Source of the DNA: Felis catus
Lineage: Eukaryota
NCBI RefSeq assembly: GCF_018350175.1
Contig: NC_058368.1
Coordinates: 18,352,001-18,416,000, forward strand
Direction of reading: 5' to 3'
Length of the DNA stretch: 64,000 nucleotides
Shown here: positions 61,805 through 64,000 of the stretch, in pieces
How positions within the stretch are numbered: position 1 is the stretch's first letter
Layout: each line of letters opens with the position of its first letter
Notes under the pieces: generated by a model
What the model was told of the DNA's origin: nothing
What the model saw: only the letters and a program-made list of their open reading frames with translations
Databases searched by the model: none
Translations under genes and position numbers: made by a program

Positions 61805-61985
61805 CTTGCTACTGAAAAGTGGCCCTCAGATGAGCATCGCATGGTGGACCGTGAGGAATGCAGACTCTCGGGCCCCTCCAGTTCCCACTCTCCCATTCCC
61901 CCCGCCCCGCACACCAAATGAATTAGGATCTCCAAGTTCACAAGATCCCCTGGGAATTCATTTGCACTATTTAAAGAGCGCTGCT
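61805..61985. mobile_element. MER5-family MITE
   Basis: TGCTACTGAAAAGTGGCCCTCAGA...AATGCAGACTCTCGGGCCC...CAAGATCCCC. Confidence 0.6.
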
Positions 61986-62629
61986 CTGAGAGACTATTTT
62001 GTCTGGATTCTCATTATCCCGGGGATCTGCACAACGTCAGAAACATCAGGTCAGTTTGGTGCAGACAAAAACAAAAACAATGCAACTGGTTGCTGAGCAT
62101 TATGGAAGCCAGGCAATTTCCTCTCCATGTTTTACTTTTTGAGACCCTGCTACCTTCCTCTTTCTCATGTCCCGGGTGGGAAAACCCTGGGTGAACACAG
62201 TCCCACTCACCCAGTGCTGGCCCAGGACATGGAGTTCCTGCCTTGAGCCGCAGTTGGTCCTGGAATGAAGCTTTATCCCTGTGCTGGCTCCAGGGGCCTG
62301 GGATGATCTGACCCCGGTAGTTTGCTCTCTCGGCACCGAAATCCTTGGCTCATACTCCTGAATTGGTTCCGGCCTCTGTCATCCTCAGCTGGGGATTGTT
62401 TGCTGCCCTCAGAAATTGCATTTTTTTTAAATCTTGCCCACCTGGCCCTGAGGTAACCTACTTCCTATTGTTACCTGTCTAAACTTAGGGTTGTGGAGCG
62501 GACTTCTACCCCATAGGTGGCAGCCTCCAACCCTCCTTAGCATGGCTTGTGGTTATGAAAAGGAAGTCACACCAAAATGCAGCTGTGCTTAGCACCCAGG
62601 TGTTGTTAAGAAACATTGGTTTATAACAG

Positions 62630-62770
62630 CAAATCTCAGGCTTGACTACACATTACAATGCCCTGAGGAGATTCAAATTTTCCAGTGCCAAGGGTCCCAT
62701 CCCAGATCAGTATTAGTTACAAAAAACTCCCAGTGATTCTATCACACAGCCGGAGTTAGGAAACGCCAGT
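62630..62770. mobile_element. MER5B-like MITE remnant
   Basis: CTTGACTACACATTACAATGCCCTGAGGAG...CTCCCAGTGATTCTA...CAGCC. Confidence 0.55.
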
Positions 62771-63389
62771 TGAGAGAATCTTCCCTGACCCAGCCATGGC
62801 CAACACACTCCATCCTCTATGCTTGAGTAACAATTTGCTTCTTATACTCTACTTAGTCTTTCTCTCCCCACCACCGGAGCACTGAGACAATTGTGAATGA
62901 AGGGCAAAGAGCACCTGTATGTCTCAATGGACGGGGAGTAGAAGGGAGGGGAGGGGGAAGAAGAACGCCCCTGCATTACCAGTCGTATTGCCAAGACCGT
63001 GCAAGGGATGCAGACTCAAGCGGCCACCCGACTTCTTCCGGTTTGCGGTGCACAACCAGTGCAGAAGCCTCACAGAACGTGAGAAAAACGTAACCGGCTA
63101 ATCACAACCACTTGCAAACCTTGAAGAAAGGCAGACAAAGACGAGGGAAGCGATTCAGCATGATACAGAAGGTGTTTTCCTACTCGCAAATATTCCAGGA
63201 GAGAAAAATGCCCCCAAACCGTCTGTGTCCATAGATGGTAGTTCTAACTTGTCCCGAGCATCCTCAAGTCGTGGAGGTAAAGCAGAGAGGGCCCCAGACG
63301 CCCCGGGCCGGCCTCTGTCCATGATTACAAAGAGAAGAAGGCAGTCCCAGCACCGCCCACACCAGGGCTCCTAGCCTGGTATCACCACT

Positions 63390-63432
63390 GGGTGGGAGTG
63401 GGGGTGCGGGTGGGGGTGGGGGTGGGGGTGGG
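63390..63432 (+). repeat. (GGGGGT)n-like G-rich tract, G-quadruplex motif
   Basis: Eight runs of at least 3 G with 1-3 nt loops. Confidence 0.85.
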
Positions 63433-63574
63433 CGGTCTGAGCCTGTGGCAGCACCAAGTCAGAGCACCTGCTTCGCGTGAGGGGGATGCCGGGACACTCG
63501 GACATGCTTCCTCTGCCTACCATTTCTTTCACGGGCCAGGAATTCAGAGCGTCCGCCCCAGGGTGCTCGGTTGG

Positions 63575-63760
63575 CTAAGTGTCCCCCTCAGACCAGCAGA
63601 CGAGCCGCACCTGGGAACTTGTTAGACATGCAAATGCCCTGGGCGAGAGCCCCACCCCGAACTTACTGAATCAGAAACTTGAGAGTGGGGCCCAGAGAGC
63701 TGTGGCTTCAGAAGCGCCCCAGGTGATCCCGATGACACTCAAGTGGGGAGCCCCACTGCT
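63575..63760. mobile_element. MER5A
   Basis: CACCTGGGAACTTGTTAGACATGCAAAT...TACTGAATCAGAAACT...CCAGGTGATCCCGATG. Confidence 0.8.
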
Positions 63761-64000
63761 TTGTTTTGCACTTACTTAGAGCTCGCTTCTGTGTCTCTTC
63801 GGTCAGCTGGTCTGGTAAGAGGGGGTGACGCTGAAAAGGCCTGTTCTTCCCTTGGGCTGCCTGCACCCCGGGCCTGCTGGGGTTCCTGACCAGGGCTTCG
63901 GCAGCCCCCTTTCTGAACCTCGGCGCCTCTGTTTTCCAGGTTCCCGGCTGTGGTTCCTGATCCCTGAAGTCTGGTTCCATGGGCATAATCTTTGCCCGCT

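Noticed and set aside
1-64000. ORF track entries as protein-coding genes
   Set aside because: All are under 200 aa, many start at non-ATG codons and overlap in several frames. None resembles a protein family I recognise, which is what chance ORFs in mammalian non-coding DNA look like.

Overview
This is mammalian, non-coding genomic DNA, very probably from a felid (cat family). The window carries 18 carnivore tRNA-derived Can-SINEs, three of them of a young SINEC_Fc-type variant with perfect target-site duplications (TSDs). Older eutherian repeats fill much of the rest: MIR, L2, L3/CR1, L1M 3' ends, MER21 and MLT1 LTRs, and hAT MITEs (MER5, MER81). I find no protein-coding gene, RNA gene or CRISPR array; the ORF track consists of short chance ORFs and SINE or microsatellite translations. 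Between the repeats are several unique AT-rich blocks dense in homeodomain, TCF, MEIS and SOX motifs. These resemble conserved non-coding elements of a gene desert or very long intron, but I cannot identify the locus or confirm conservation without alignment. The most notable observation is three N-runs (132, 132 and 172 bp) inside unique, enhancer-like, SINE-free sequence, which may be masked highly conserved cores rather than ordinary gaps. There are also + strand splice-signal sets, including a recursive-splice-like AG|GTAAG. I see no support for a new biological system. Repeat family names come from recognising consensus sequence by eye, and boundaries of old repeats are approximate.
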